Part shown: piece after piece, positions 9,274-18,774 of the stretch
Layout of the letters: each line of letters begins with the position of its first letter
Position numbering within the stretch: position 1 is the first letter of the stretch
Source of the DNA: Rickettsiales bacterium
Lineage (GTDB): Bacteria > Pseudomonadota > Alphaproteobacteria > Rickettsiales > UBA6187
Length of the DNA: 64,000 nucleotides
NCBI GenBank assembly: GCA_040507985.1
Contig: JBEVNR010000012.1
Coordinates: forward strand, 111,905 to 175,904
Reading direction: 5' to 3'
Program-made: the position numbers and the translations under genes
Notes under the pieces: generated by a model
What the model was told of the DNA's origin: nothing
What the model saw: only the letters and a program-made list of their open reading frames with translations
Databases searched by the model: none

Positions 9274-9287
9274 AAGAGGATAAAGAC

Positions 9288-9893
9288 ATGGCCCATGCCC
9301 TGCGGTACGATTTAATGCGCGTCGGCGACTATGTCCGCCCCGGCGAAACCGTGCTCGACGTCGGGTGCGGCGACGGCGATCTGCTGGAATATTTAAAAAA
9401 ACGGCGCGGCGCCGACGCGCGCGGCATGGACATAGACCCCGCGTCGGTGCAATCCTGCATGGCGCGCGGCTTAAACGTCGTGCAGGGCAACGTCGAAAAA
9501 GACCTAGAGCATTATCCCGACAATTTTTTCGACGTCGCGATCGCCTCGCGCGTGATTCAAACCACCCACAAGACGAAATACGTGCTTGAGCAGATGGCGC
9601 GCATCGGCAAGCGGCAAATTATCGCCGCCCCGAATTTCGGGCATTGGCGCAATCGGTTCGGGTTGTTGCTGCAAGGCCGCATGCCCGTCAATAACCGCCT
9701 TAGCTATAGTTGGCACGAAACGCCGAACATTCATTTTTGCACGATCGAAGATTTTCGCCGACTTGCGCGGGAGGTTGGTTGTCGCATTACGGTCGCCGAA
9801 TATTTCGCCGGCGATAGGCTGGTATGGAACCCCTTGCGTCCTTTGGGCAATCTGCTCGCCGAAGAGGCGCTGTTTATGATGGAAAGAATCTAG
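9288..9893 (+). CDS. metW: Methionine biosynthesis protein MetW
   Basis: VLDVGCGDG.LL, PNFGHWR.R and WHETPNIHFCTI.DF motifs; follows metX. Confidence 0.95.
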   Translation: MAHALRYDLMRVGDYVRPGETVLDVGCGDGDLLEYLKKRRGADARGMDIDPASVQSCMARGLNVVQGNVEKDLEHYPDNFFDVAIASRVIQTTHKTKYVLEQMARIGKRQIIAAPNFGHWRNRFGLLLQGRMPVNNRLSYSWHETPNIHFCTIEDFRRLAREVGCRITVAEYFAGDRLVWNPLRPLGNLLAEEALFMMERI

Positions 9894-10154
9894 GCCGCAT
9901 ACGCTAACGCTCCGTCCGCAAAACGGCCCCTTCCTTGCGTCATTTTTATTTTTCGTCTTTTTTTTATCCCATATAACGGGGAACGTCACGGTAGCGACCG
10001 ACATAACGCAAAATAATCACGCATACAACAAGCAAAAACAAGGGTAACGAGCGTGGGGCGCCGTAAAATCAAACGTCCTCCTCATGAATTCCGGCATCAA
10101 CGCGTAGAGAAGAACGTCTCTAACGGCTTGCAAGGATGCGTACCGATTGCCATC

Positions 10155-10763
10155 TTAATTATTTACGGACGGATCAAGCCCGGCGACGTTAGTCGAAGAC
10201 GTCGTTCGGGAAATGGCATCACGCACGGTCACTTCGGTCATTTGCAATGTTTGTTGTGACAAATCGACCGAAGACGCGTTTAGAGATTCTATCATAGCGC
10301 TTTGCGGGATTTGCAATAGCAATCCTGACATAGACAGTGTAGACGACTTTCGGGAAATCGGAACCGATACAGAGAGTAGCTCTGATCCTCCCATATTGAC
10401 CGAAGACGGCGCGCGGGAAACGGAGCCGGATTCCAAAGGAGGGGCGGAAGGGAAAAATACTTGTTTTTTGCAGGTCGGACAATAACATGCAACTTTATAG
10501 GGTTCAATATACCTTCCGTCGTTGAAAATAACAATCTCTCGAGAAAAAGCCACTGCTTGTGTGTTGCAATCAGAACATGACTCATCAAGCGTAGTCTTCA
10601 AAATAGATGATTTATGTTCCTTGGCATTGCAGCCTTCGCAGTTATAGCGTTGAGTTTCTTTATTCCAAATAAGGTCACTTCCCGGGCAACAAGGACTGGC
10701 GCCCTTATAAGACAATACAGGCGAATCAGTTTCTTCCGGAACAGATTCTTTTGACGCAGACAT
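10155..10763 (-). CDS. Orphan Cys-rich hypothetical protein
   Basis: 202-aa ORF in visibly AT-richer DNA; CEGC, CSDC and CPTC motifs; coding strand partly ambiguous. Confidence 0.45.
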   Translation of the reverse strand: MSASKESVPEETDSPVLSYKGASPCCPGSDLIWNKETQRYNCEGCNAKEHKSSILKTTLDESCSDCNTQAVAFSREIVIFNDGRYIEPYKVACYCPTCKKQVFFPSAPPLESGSVSRAPSSVNMGGSELLSVSVPISRKSSTLSMSGLLLQIPQSAMIESLNASSVDLSQQTLQMTEVTVRDAISRTTSSTNVAGLDPSVNN

Positions 10764-10987
10764 GTTGCCAATGGCTCAGTGCGACTATATATTGGAGTAT
10801 GCTGATAGGGGAGATACGTTGCCGAAAAGTGCGGGCAATTGTCTGTAATGAGATGTGAGTAGGTTGAGAAAGCATATCAATAATCTATAATTTAGCAATA
10901 TGTATTTTTACGTGACTTTCTCCTCACCAGTCTCCGGACAAAAAAGAAATCCTAAGTTGCGTTTTTGGGAGCCATTCCCCAAACTCC

Positions 10988-11166
10988 GTCATTCCCGCGC
11001 AGGCGGGAATCCAGTATTTTTTTAAACTTGCGCGCGAAGCGCACTCTTATTTTAAAGAATAAATGAGCGTGCTACGCACGCAAATTTTGTTTTTTGCCTA
11101 GATTCCCGCTTTCGCGGGAATGACGAAGAAAAAAAATTAACGTATTAATTTATTTTTTTCGCCCTG
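10988..11166. repeat. REP/RPE-type palindromic doublet plus the MITE right end
   Basis: GTCATTCCCGCGCAGGCGGGAATCCAG ... TAGATTCCCGCTTTCGCGGGAATGAC in inverted orientation, followed by the same tail as 2558-2599. Confidence 0.8.
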
Positions 11167-11244
11167 TTACTCCTATAAGCCTTCTCCACGCTTTCTTGTC
11201 CGGCGCCTGAGGAAATACTATATTTATTGTCGGACGGCAAGCGA

Positions 11245-12012
11245 TCACTTCATCCCCGTATGCACGCACACCACGCCGCCGGACATGGGGCGGCGGCGCG
11301 TTCTTTTGAATCTCGCGCTTTTTATCGTTGCCTCAAACGTCTCGGCGTCGGGAAAGACGGCAATGCTTTCGGCCAAATAGCGGTAGGCATCGGGGTTGTT
11401 CGCCAATAATTTTCCCATGATAGGAAGGCAGCCGAACGCATAGGCGTTATAGGCTTTCGCCAGCAACGGATGTTCGACGGTCGAGAATTCCAGGCACGCG
11501 AACGTCCCGCCCGGCTTTAACACGCGATAGGCTTCGGCCAGCGCGCGCGCCTTGTCCGCCACGTTGCGAATGCCGAAGGCAATCGTATAAACGTCAAACG
11601 CGTTATCGGCATAAGGCAAAGATTGGGCGTCGACGCAATGAAAGGCCGGGAGGATTCTCCCTTCGCCGGGCGGGAACGCCTCGCGCAATTTTTCCCTGCC
11701 GCGACGTAGCATGTCGTCACAAATGTCCGCCAGACAAATGCGTATGTCCGACCGACGGCATAGCATTTCGGCGCTAATGTCACCGGTGCCGCCGGCCACG
11801 TCGAGCACGCGCATGTTTCTTCGCAAGGGAAGCTCGGCCACGAAACGCTTTTTCCATACGCGATGCAGCCCTAAGCTCATCGCATCGTTCATAACGTCGT
11901 ACTTAGCGGCGACGCCCGAAAAAAGAGAGCGGACGCGGGCGGTTTTTTCCTCAAGCGGGATGTTTTCAAAGCCGAAATCGACGGTTTTGTCGTCGTGATT
12001 GGGGCGAGACAT
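11245..12012 (-). CDS. ubiE: Ubiquinone/menaquinone biosynthesis C-methyltransferase
   Basis: VDFGF, YDVMNDAMSLGLHRVWK, LDVAGGTGD, IAFGIRNV, LEFS and YRYLAESI motifs; ATG at 12012 chosen. Confidence 0.95.
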   Translation of the reverse strand: MSRPNHDDKTVDFGFENIPLEEKTARVRSLFSGVAAKYDVMNDAMSLGLHRVWKKRFVAELPLRRNMRVLDVAGGTGDISAEMLCRRSDIRICLADICDDMLRRGREKLREAFPPGEGRILPAFHCVDAQSLPYADNAFDVYTIAFGIRNVADKARALAEAYRVLKPGGTFACLEFSTVEHPLLAKAYNAYAFGCLPIMGKLLANNPDAYRYLAESIAVFPDAETFEATIKSARFKRTRRRPMSGGVVCVHTGMK

Positions 12013-12088
12013 ACATATTACGAAAAAACGCCGCACCTGCGGACGCGCCTATAAAGACGCTACGCAAATGCGGCGGGAAAATAAAAAG

Positions 12089-12847
12089 CTACTGTACGTC
12101 GCTTTCTTTGGCGCCGGTATTCAACGTGTCTTTTTCGTCGTCGGATTTTTTGGTTTCTTCGCCTTTTTTCTCTTCTTGTTTTACTTCAGGCTTAGCGTCG
12201 GTTTTTGACTCGGCGCCATCGGTCGCTTTTTCTTCCGGTTTTTCACCTTCTTCGGCGGAATCTTCGCCTTCTTCGTCGCCGACGGTTTGTACTGAAGCCT
12301 TCAAGAACGCAGGATCGGACGCGAGTTCGCCGTCGTTGACGATCACTTGCAGGGTGCGTTCGTCGTTTTCGCTTTTCGGCGCGTCAAAGGCGACGCGTTG
12401 CAGCGCGGTTTCGTAGTCTTGCAGCGGCGCAACGCCGGAGATGGTCAGGGTTTTGGTCGCGGAATCGAAGGCGGATTTTAAGTCGGTGCCTTCCAAATTG
12501 ACGGAAAGCGCTTCGTTTTGGGCGGTGGAGCCGGTAATTTGCACGGTCGCCGAAGCCAGCGTGTCGCCGTCGTCGGAAATGGCGACGCGTCCGCTCGCGT
12601 CGGACAATACGGGAGCGGCGTTTTCAATGTTTTCCGCCGAAACGGTTTTGCCGGGTTGCGCGGGCGTCGTGAGGGCCGACGTGGTTTTTGCGTCCGGCGT
12701 CGTTCCCGTCGCGGTTTGCGATGCAGCGGGCGCGTCGGTGGCGGAATTGGTTGCGTTACGCACTTTTGCGGGGTCGAAATAGTTTAGCGCGACGATGCCG
12801 GCGATGCCGACGACGGCGGCGGTGGTGACGAGAAGAGCTTTACCCAT
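12089..12847 (-). CDS. Membrane-anchored protein with a single adhesin-type (cadherin/Ig-like) repeat and acidic tail
   Basis: N-terminal TM helix, Thr/Ala linker, APVL...ISDDGDTLASATVQIT...LTISG...DYETALQRV.F...RT...VNDG segment, E/K-rich C-terminus. Confidence 0.7.
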   Translation of the reverse strand: MGKALLVTTAAVVGIAGIVALNYFDPAKVRNATNSATDAPAASQTATGTTPDAKTTSALTTPAQPGKTVSAENIENAAPVLSDASGRVAISDDGDTLASATVQITGSTAQNEALSVNLEGTDLKSAFDSATKTLTISGVAPLQDYETALQRVAFDAPKSENDERTLQVIVNDGELASDPAFLKASVQTVGDEEGEDSAEEGEKPEEKATDGAESKTDAKPEVKQEEKKGEETKKSDDEKDTLNTGAKESDVQ

Positions 12848-13064
12848 AGTCTTTTTCCGATCTCTTGCTTTCGATTGATATATTTTTCCCGCACGTGCGG
12901 AACGTGCTATTGCTTATCAAATTATGCGCCGACCGGCAATCGTAAAAAATGCTAAAGGCAAAATTTTCGCGCGGGTTCGCGTTCGCCATGAACGAGCGCT
13001 GGATTTTAGCCGCGATTTCTTATATAAAGGCGCATGCGTGGAAGCATAATGCCGACGGGGGAAC

Positions 13065-14174
13065 ATGGCGCGCTACTTATTAAAACGGCTGCTGCTGATC
13101 GTGCCGACGCTATTCGGGGTGATGCTGATCAACTTCGTCATCGTCCAGGCGGCGCCCGGCGGACCCATCGAACAAATTGCCGCGCGCCTCTCCGGCGTGG
13201 CGGGGGAAGGCGGGCATAGCGCCATTTCCGGCCCGGGCCATGACGGCCACGTCGCGCCGGCGCACATGGCGACGTCCGCCTCCGCCTCCGGCAGCGTCTA
13301 TAGCGGCGCCTCCGGCGTGCCGCCCGACGTGCTTAAGGATCTCGAAAAACAATTCGGCTTCGACAAGCCGGCGCACGAGCGGTTTTTCCTGATGATGAAG
13401 AATTACCTCACCTTCGATTTCGGCGAAAGCTACCTGAAAAATCGCAGCGTCATCGGGTTGATACTGGACAAAATGCCGGTGTCCATTTCGCTTGGGCTAT
13501 GGTCTACCTTATTGATATATGGACTGTCGATTCCGCTCGGCATCCGCAAGGCCGTGCGCGACGGGTCGCGCTTCGACGTGGCCACCAGCATGGCCATTTC
13601 GGTCGGCTACGCCGTTCCGTCCTTTTTGCTGGCGGTGTTCTTGGTGATTCTTTTTGCCGGCGGGGAGTTTTTCTCGATTTTTCCGCTGCGCGGCCTCAGC
13701 TCCGAAGGGTGGAACGCCATGCCGTTATGGCAAAAGATAACGGATTATCTTTGGCACGTCACCTTGCCCGTCATCTCGCTGACCGTTGGAGGATTCGCCG
13801 CGCTGACCATGCTGACGAAAAACTGCTTTATCGAAGAAATTCACAAGCAATATATCGTCACCGCCCGCGCTAAGGGCGCCTCGGAGCGACGGGCCTTGTA
13901 CGGCCACGCCTTCCGGAACGCGATGCTGATCGTTATCGCCGGTTTTCCCTCCGCCTTTATCTCGATGTTCTTCGCCGGTTCGCTGGTGGTGGAAACCATT
14001 TTTTCGCTCGACGGCATGGGGCTGTTGGGATTCGAGGCCACGCTTAACCGCGACTATCCGGTGATGTTCGGCACGCTCTATATTTTCAGCCTCATCGGGC
14101 TGGTGATGAACGTGATCGGCGACGTGGCCTACGTGCTGATCGATCCGCGCATTAACTTCGACGCAAGCAGGTAG
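13065..14174 (+). CDS. yejB: Peptide/microcin C ABC transporter permease
   Basis: YLLKRLLLIVPTLFG, APGGPIEQ, FGFDKP..ERF, FDFGES and EAA-like ARAKG motifs. Confidence 0.9.
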   Translation: MARYLLKRLLLIVPTLFGVMLINFVIVQAAPGGPIEQIAARLSGVAGEGGHSAISGPGHDGHVAPAHMATSASASGSVYSGASGVPPDVLKDLEKQFGFDKPAHERFFLMMKNYLTFDFGESYLKNRSVIGLILDKMPVSISLGLWSTLLIYGLSIPLGIRKAVRDGSRFDVATSMAISVGYAVPSFLLAVFLVILFAGGEFFSIFPLRGLSSEGWNAMPLWQKITDYLWHVTLPVISLTVGGFAALTMLTKNCFIEEIHKQYIVTARAKGASERRALYGHAFRNAMLIVIAGFPSAFISMFFAGSLVVETIFSLDGMGLLGFEATLNRDYPVMFGTLYIFSLIGLVMNVIGDVAYVLIDPRINFDASR

Positions 14175-14189
14175 ATTCTTGACCGGAGT

Positions 14190-14981
14190 TTACCTGCCCT
14201 CGCGAATTTCCCTGACGAAATTTTTCGTCGCGCGCGCCGCGTCGTCGCATCCCTCCAGGCGGCGCAGATAGGCGCTCGCGATGACGGCGCCGTCGAGGCT
14301 TTCGGATATGCGGTCGAACGTTTCCTTGGACGACACGCCGAAGCCGCCGATAAGGGGATTTTTTTCGCATAGACGCTTCACGCGGGCGTAATAGGCGCGG
14401 GCCGCGTCAGTCACGTTTAATTCCCCTCCCGTAATGGCCGACGACGAGACGGCGTAGATAAAACGCTCGGACATGGCGTCGATTTCCCTTATGCGCTCAT
14501 CCGGCGTGTGGGGAGAAATTAAAAACACGGGCTTCACGCCCTTGGCGTCGAAAATATGTGCGTAACATCGGCGATAGATATGCGGCGGCATGTCGGGAAC
14601 GACGACGCCGGAGACGTCCAGCTCCGCGCAGCGATCGCAAAACTTCTCCGGCCCGTATTGCATGATCGGGTTGAGGTGGCCCATCAAATAGACGGGCATG
14701 GACGCGCCGCGTCGGCGTAATTCCTCTAATTGCCGCAGGACGACGTCGACGGTTATGCCGTTTTCGAGCGCTTTTTTATTCACGCGCTGAATGGTCGGGC
14801 CGTCCGCCACCGGGTCGCTGAACGGCATGCCAAGCTCGATGAAGTCGACCTCGTTCCCTTCTTCCAGCGCGTCGACGACCTGAAGCGCGGAATCAATTTG
14901 AGGATATCCGGCCGCCACGTAAAGCGAAAATAACTTGGGATACGCGCCGCCGCTGCGGGAGATGAGGGAAAAGCGCGTCAT
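14190..14981 (-). CDS. trpA: Tryptophan synthase alpha subunit (Bacteroidetes-like sequence)
   Basis: [19 protein letters not shown] with catalytic Glu and Asp, FIYAVSS.ITG, GFGV. Confidence 0.92.
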   Translation of the reverse strand: MTRFSLISRSGGAYPKLFSLYVAAGYPQIDSALQVVDALEEGNEVDFIELGMPFSDPVADGPTIQRVNKKALENGITVDVVLRQLEELRRRGASMPVYLMGHLNPIMQYGPEKFCDRCAELDVSGVVVPDMPPHIYRRCYAHIFDAKGVKPVFLISPHTPDERIREIDAMSERFIYAVSSSAITGGELNVTDAARAYYARVKRLCEKNPLIGGFGVSSKETFDRISESLDGAVIASAYLRRLEGCDDAARATKNFVREIREGR

Positions 14982-16180
14982 GCGGCCGGCTCCCGCAAGC
15001 GTTTTTCGCGATGCGCGAGCAGGGCGTCCATGTCTTTTCTGCCCGATCCGGAGAGGTTGACGACGATAATCGCGTCTTTTCCCCGTTCCATATGTTCCAA
15101 ATAAGCCAGGGCGTGGGCGCTTTCGACGGCGGGAACGATTCCCTCGGTCAGCGCCAATAATTGCGCGGCGTTTAGCGCTTCTTCGTCCGTTACCGTACCG
15201 TAGCGCGCGCGTCCACAGGTTTTAAGGAAGGCGTGGAACGGCCCGACGCCCGGATAGCTGAGTCCGGCCGACACGGAATAACTGTCCTTCACTTGCCCGT
15301 CGGCGGTTTGCAGCAGCAGCATCTTGCTGCCGTGCATCACGCCGGGGGATCCTTTGGCCAGGGCGGCGGCATGGCGTTCGGATTCCACCCCTTCCCCTCC
15401 GGCCTCGACGCCGATTAATTTCACCGACGCGTCGTCCAAAAAGGCGGCGAACGCCCCGATCGCGTTGCTTCCCCCGCCCACGCAGGCAATAATGGCGTCA
15501 GGCAGGGAGCGGTCGGTCTGCTCTTGCACCTGTCGCGCGATTTCGTCTCCGATCACCCGCTGAAACCGCATGACCATGTCCGGAAACGGATGCGGACCGA
15601 CGGCGGAGCCGATAACGTAGTGCGTTTCCGCCGGATTGGCTATCCAGTCGCGCAATGCCTCGTTTGTGGCGTCTTTCAAGGTTGCCGTTCCGGTCGAGAC
15701 CGGCACGACCTTCGCGCCCAGATATTCCATGAGCTTCACGTTGGGGCTTTGGCGCTTCGTGTCGACTTCGCCCATATAGACGGTGCAATCCAACCCGAAC
15801 AACGCGCAGGCCGACGCCGTGGCCACGCCGTGTTGGCCCGCGCCGGTTTCCGCGATAATGCGGGTCTTGCCCAGCCTTTTGGCGAGCAGTAACTGCCCCA
15901 CGGCGTTGTTAATTTTATGCGAGCCGGTGTGGTTCAGGTCTTCGCGCTTTAAATAAATCCGGTTTCCGTATCGCTCCGAAAGGCGCGAAGCGAAATAGAG
16001 CGGTGAGGGCCTGCCGGTGTAATCGCGCAACAACGTCCCCAATTCTTGCCGAAAATCGGGGTCGTCCGTTATCTCCACATAACGGCGCTGCAATTCCAGA
16101 ATGTTTGGGCGCAGCATTTCGGGTATGAAGTCGCCGCCAAATTCTCCGTAAAAGCCGTGCTCGTCAACGGCGTAACGCAT
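14978..16180 (-). CDS. trpB: Tryptophan synthase beta subunit (Bacteroidetes-like, with non-canonical motif residues)
   Basis: [15 protein letters not shown] (PLP Lys), AETGAGQHG and GGGSNA motifs; overlaps the trpA start. Confidence 0.95.
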   Translation of the reverse strand: MRYAVDEHGFYGEFGGDFIPEMLRPNILELQRRYVEITDDPDFRQELGTLLRDYTGRPSPLYFASRLSERYGNRIYLKREDLNHTGSHKINNAVGQLLLAKRLGKTRIIAETGAGQHGVATASACALFGLDCTVYMGEVDTKRQSPNVKLMEYLGAKVVPVSTGTATLKDATNEALRDWIANPAETHYVIGSAVGPHPFPDMVMRFQRVIGDEIARQVQEQTDRSLPDAIIACVGGGSNAIGAFAAFLDDASVKLIGVEAGGEGVESERHAAALAKGSPGVMHGSKMLLLQTADGQVKDSYSVSAGLSYPGVGPFHAFLKTCGRARYGTVTDEEALNAAQLLALTEGIVPAVESAHALAYLEHMERGKDAIIVVNLSGSGRKDMDALLAHREKRLREPAA

Positions 16181-16292
16181 CGCGTATCCATGAAGTAATG
16201 TTATATGGCTCTATAAGCTTGAAGGAAGCTATACGCATAACGTAAAAATCGCAAGGCGATTTTTACGAAAAATCGGCGGCGCGCCTATCGTT

Positions 16293-16793
16293 TCATCCTC
16301 GTTGCGCCCTTACCTTAAGCGCCGGCGCCACAAAGGCGTCGGGCGAAAAAAACGCGGATATGGAAGATAACGGAGGCAAAGAAGAAGCGTCGTTCGCGGA
16401 GCGATTCCGACGCGAGGAAGCGGAAGGGCGCCCCTCCCTTCGGCGCTCGCAAATGACGCGGCGCGCGCCTTTGGCGGTAAGGTGCGGATCCATTCCCGCA
16501 AGCGCGCACACCTCGCGGAAATCTTCGTTGTCCGCGGTAAACCACGCGATGGATTCGGCGCGGGCGCGTTTAGCCTCGGGTTTGGGCGATCCGCTTTGCG
16601 CGTCGATCAGCGCCTGCAAGATAACGAATTGCCATAGCGCCTTATATTCCCGCTCGTCAGACGCGACGCATTGCGCCATGCTTAGCGCCGCGTTTTTTTT
16701 ACTTGGTTGCGCTTCCGGCGGCGTCGGCGCCTCGCTTATAACGAGATGCAGTCTCGTGCCGTTTATCGTTGCCCCGGACGTACTTATTTTCAT
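16293..16793 (-). CDS. Hypothetical protein, phage-like helical domain
   Basis: LWQFVILQALIDA...AWF...EDFREVCALAGMDP segment; 166 aa. Confidence 0.6.
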   Translation of the reverse strand: MKISTSGATINGTRLHLVISEAPTPPEAQPSKKNAALSMAQCVASDEREYKALWQFVILQALIDAQSGSPKPEAKRARAESIAWFTADNEDFREVCALAGMDPHLTAKGARRVICERRREGRPSASSRRNRSANDASSLPPLSSISAFFSPDAFVAPALKVRAQRG

Positions 16794-16953
16794 GACCCTC
16801 TTCCTATGATTAAAACTTTTGGTTTAGTAGAAAAAAATCTAATCTATTCTAGATTTTAATGGAAGGGGAGACGTCGTACAAAAATAATTCCTTTTATAAA
16901 AAACTCATAATCCGTCCTTTCGGATAAAAAATATTTTCTTCAAGGAATACATA

Positions 16954-17400
16954 ATGAATTTACACAAAAAATACATAAAGCTATCCGTTTTTTCGGACGA
17001 TTCCCCAAAATCGTCCCCTCGCTCGCGACGCCCCGTCAAGGAGGCGGAAAAAAAGCACGAATGGGCGCGGCAATATGTCGAAATATCCAAAAACCTGCGC
17101 GGATTGCTGCTTTTTCTTTCCAGGGAATTATGTTCGTCGCCGGGCTCCGGCGGCAATACGGAAGGATGGGAAGATTCCCTGTTCGGAAAAAACGAGTCGC
17201 CGTTGGGCGCCGTCGGCAAGCTGGCGGCGCACGCCGCGAAATTGGCGGAAACGGAGCAATATTGGCGAGATTACCTTGCGCGGGTCGAACGCGGGAGCGA
17301 GGAAAGCGGGTCCGAAGAATTTACCTGCGCGGAAATGGACGCGATGGAGAGATTTTTGCGCGCCCGGCGTCCGGAGGCGTTCGCCCCTTCTTGTCCGTAA
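16954..17400 (+). CDS. Hypothetical protein
   Basis: 148-aa ORF with AAGGA SD; divergent from the 16793 gene across an AT-rich spacer. Confidence 0.6.
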   Translation: MNLHKKYIKLSVFSDDSPKSSPRSRRPVKEAEKKHEWARQYVEISKNLRGLLLFLSRELCSSPGSGGNTEGWEDSLFGKNESPLGAVGKLAAHAAKLAETEQYWRDYLARVERGSEESGSEEFTCAEMDAMERFLRARRPEAFAPSCP

Positions 17401-17405
17401 GCGGT

Positions 17406-18119
17406 TTACTGGCCGCCGCCGTAGCGCCTTTCCCTGCCGCAATAATCGTCAAGCGCGAGCGTAAAGGTGCGTTCGTTGAAATCCGGCCATAAGGCGTCGC
17501 AAAAATAGAGTTCCGCGTAGGCGCATTGCCACAGCAAGAAATTGCTCAACCGTTTTTCGCCCCCGGTGCGGATGAGCAGGTCCGGATCAGGACAGTCCGC
17601 GCTGTACATTTTTGCGGCGACGGCGTCGACGTCGATGTTTTCTGGCGCAACTTCGCCGGTTATCGCGTCGCGGCATAAGGCGCGACAGGCGTCCGCAATT
17701 TCTTGCTTGGCGCCGTAGCCGATGGCGACGTTGACCCGCAACGCGGAGTTCGGCGCCGAACGCTCTTCCGCCGCGCGCAACGCATCGCGCAAATCTTCCG
17801 GAAAGGCGCGCACGTCGCCGATGAAGCGAAGGGCGACGCCTTCTTCTTCGAGCTGTTTCGCTTCGTTTCGCAAATAATCGCGCATTAATTCCATTAACTC
17901 CCGCACCTCGTACGACGAGCGATGCGCGTTTTCGGTGGAAAAGGCGTAGAGGGTAACATAGGGAATGCCGAATTTCATGCATAAACGGACGAAGTCGCGG
18001 GCGGTTTCCGAACCTTTGCGATGGCCGAACGCCGGCGGCAATCCCCGCTTGCGCGCCCAGCGTCTATTTCCGTCCATAATGACGGCTATGTGGCGGGGAA
18101 GGGTGCGAGAAGACGTCAT
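17406..18119 (-). CDS. uppS: Undecaprenyl diphosphate synthase
   Basis: HIAVIMDGNRRWA, TLYAFSTEN, DPDLLIRTGGEKRLSNFLLWQ and WPDF motifs. Confidence 0.97.
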   Translation of the reverse strand: MTSSRTLPRHIAVIMDGNRRWARKRGLPPAFGHRKGSETARDFVRLCMKFGIPYVTLYAFSTENAHRSSYEVRELMELMRDYLRNEAKQLEEEGVALRFIGDVRAFPEDLRDALRAAEERSAPNSALRVNVAIGYGAKQEIADACRALCRDAITGEVAPENIDVDAVAAKMYSADCPDPDLLIRTGGEKRLSNFLLWQCAYAELYFCDALWPDFNERTFTLALDDYCGRERRYGGGQ

Positions 18120-18181
18120 TTTTACTTGTTAAAAAAATTAACGCGACTCTACGCCGTTTTTATATAAGGAACGTGGTATGG

Positions 18182-18257
18182 TGGTGGAGTCGATGGGAGT
18201 CGAACCCACGACCTCCGCATTGCGAACGCGGCGCTCTACCAACTGAGCTACGACCCC
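18182..18257 (-). tRNA. tRNA-Ala(CGC)
   Basis: Reverse complement GGGGTCGTAGCTCAGTTGGTAGAGCG...TT-CGC-AA...GTTCGACTCC...TCCACCA; 76 nt, encoded CCA. Confidence 0.95.
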
Positions 18258-18315
18258 TAAAAATATGGACCGCATGTTAGCCGCCTCACCGAAAGAAGCA
18301 AGCAAAATCGACGCG

Positions 18316-18495
18316 GATGCGTGCACTTTTTAAAACGAGACGATTTTCAGGGATTTTTTTAGCAAGAGTGTAGTACGTTCTTCAAGAAACAGCCGGCTAT
18401 TTTGAAAAAACATGTCGAATTCACAATAAAAAGACCAAAAATTCGGCCCTTCCGGCTACGCCGGCCTATGGCTCAATAAAGTGCATGGAGACTAA
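18316..18495. mobile_element. GGCTGTATGCAC-family MITE copy with degenerate TIRs
   Basis: Internal sequence (GTGCACTTTTT..AAACGAG.CGATTTTCAGGGATTTTTTAGC...AAAAAGACCAAAAAT.CGGCC...TATGGCTCAA.AA.GTGCA) matches 62213-62390 and the reverse of 53701-53897. Confidence 0.75.
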
Positions 18496-18507
18496 TATAG
18501 ATAGGAG

Positions 18508-18663
18508 TTACGCGAAACGTCGTCTTTTTGAGGGATTTTAAGGAATTTTCGCGCGCAGAACCGCAGCGTACTAGACGCTAAGGCCTGCCCCCGCGAAAGC
18601 GGGGGTGAGGATTCGAGCGCGAAAATTCCTTAAAATCCCTCAAAAAGACGACGTTTCGCGTAA
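18508..18663. repeat. Long palindromic element with 47-bp perfect arms and an RPE1-like core
   Basis: Arm TTACGCGAAACGTCGTCTTTTTGAGGGATTTTAAGGAATTTTCGCGC and its exact reverse complement flank AGAACCGCAGCGTAC...GAGGATTCGAG. Confidence 0.85.
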
Positions 18664-18774
18664 GCCCTATTATAATCAGAACATATCGTTATCCCTACTT
18701 TATTAAGGATAACGAACAAGGTGTGCTTGCAGCGTAATAACGCTAACCTGTCGATGGTCGCTATAAGCTGAACA

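Noticed and set aside
16181-16292. trp attenuator or leader peptide upstream of trpB
   Set aside because: No short ORF with Trp codons and no terminator/antiterminator pair found
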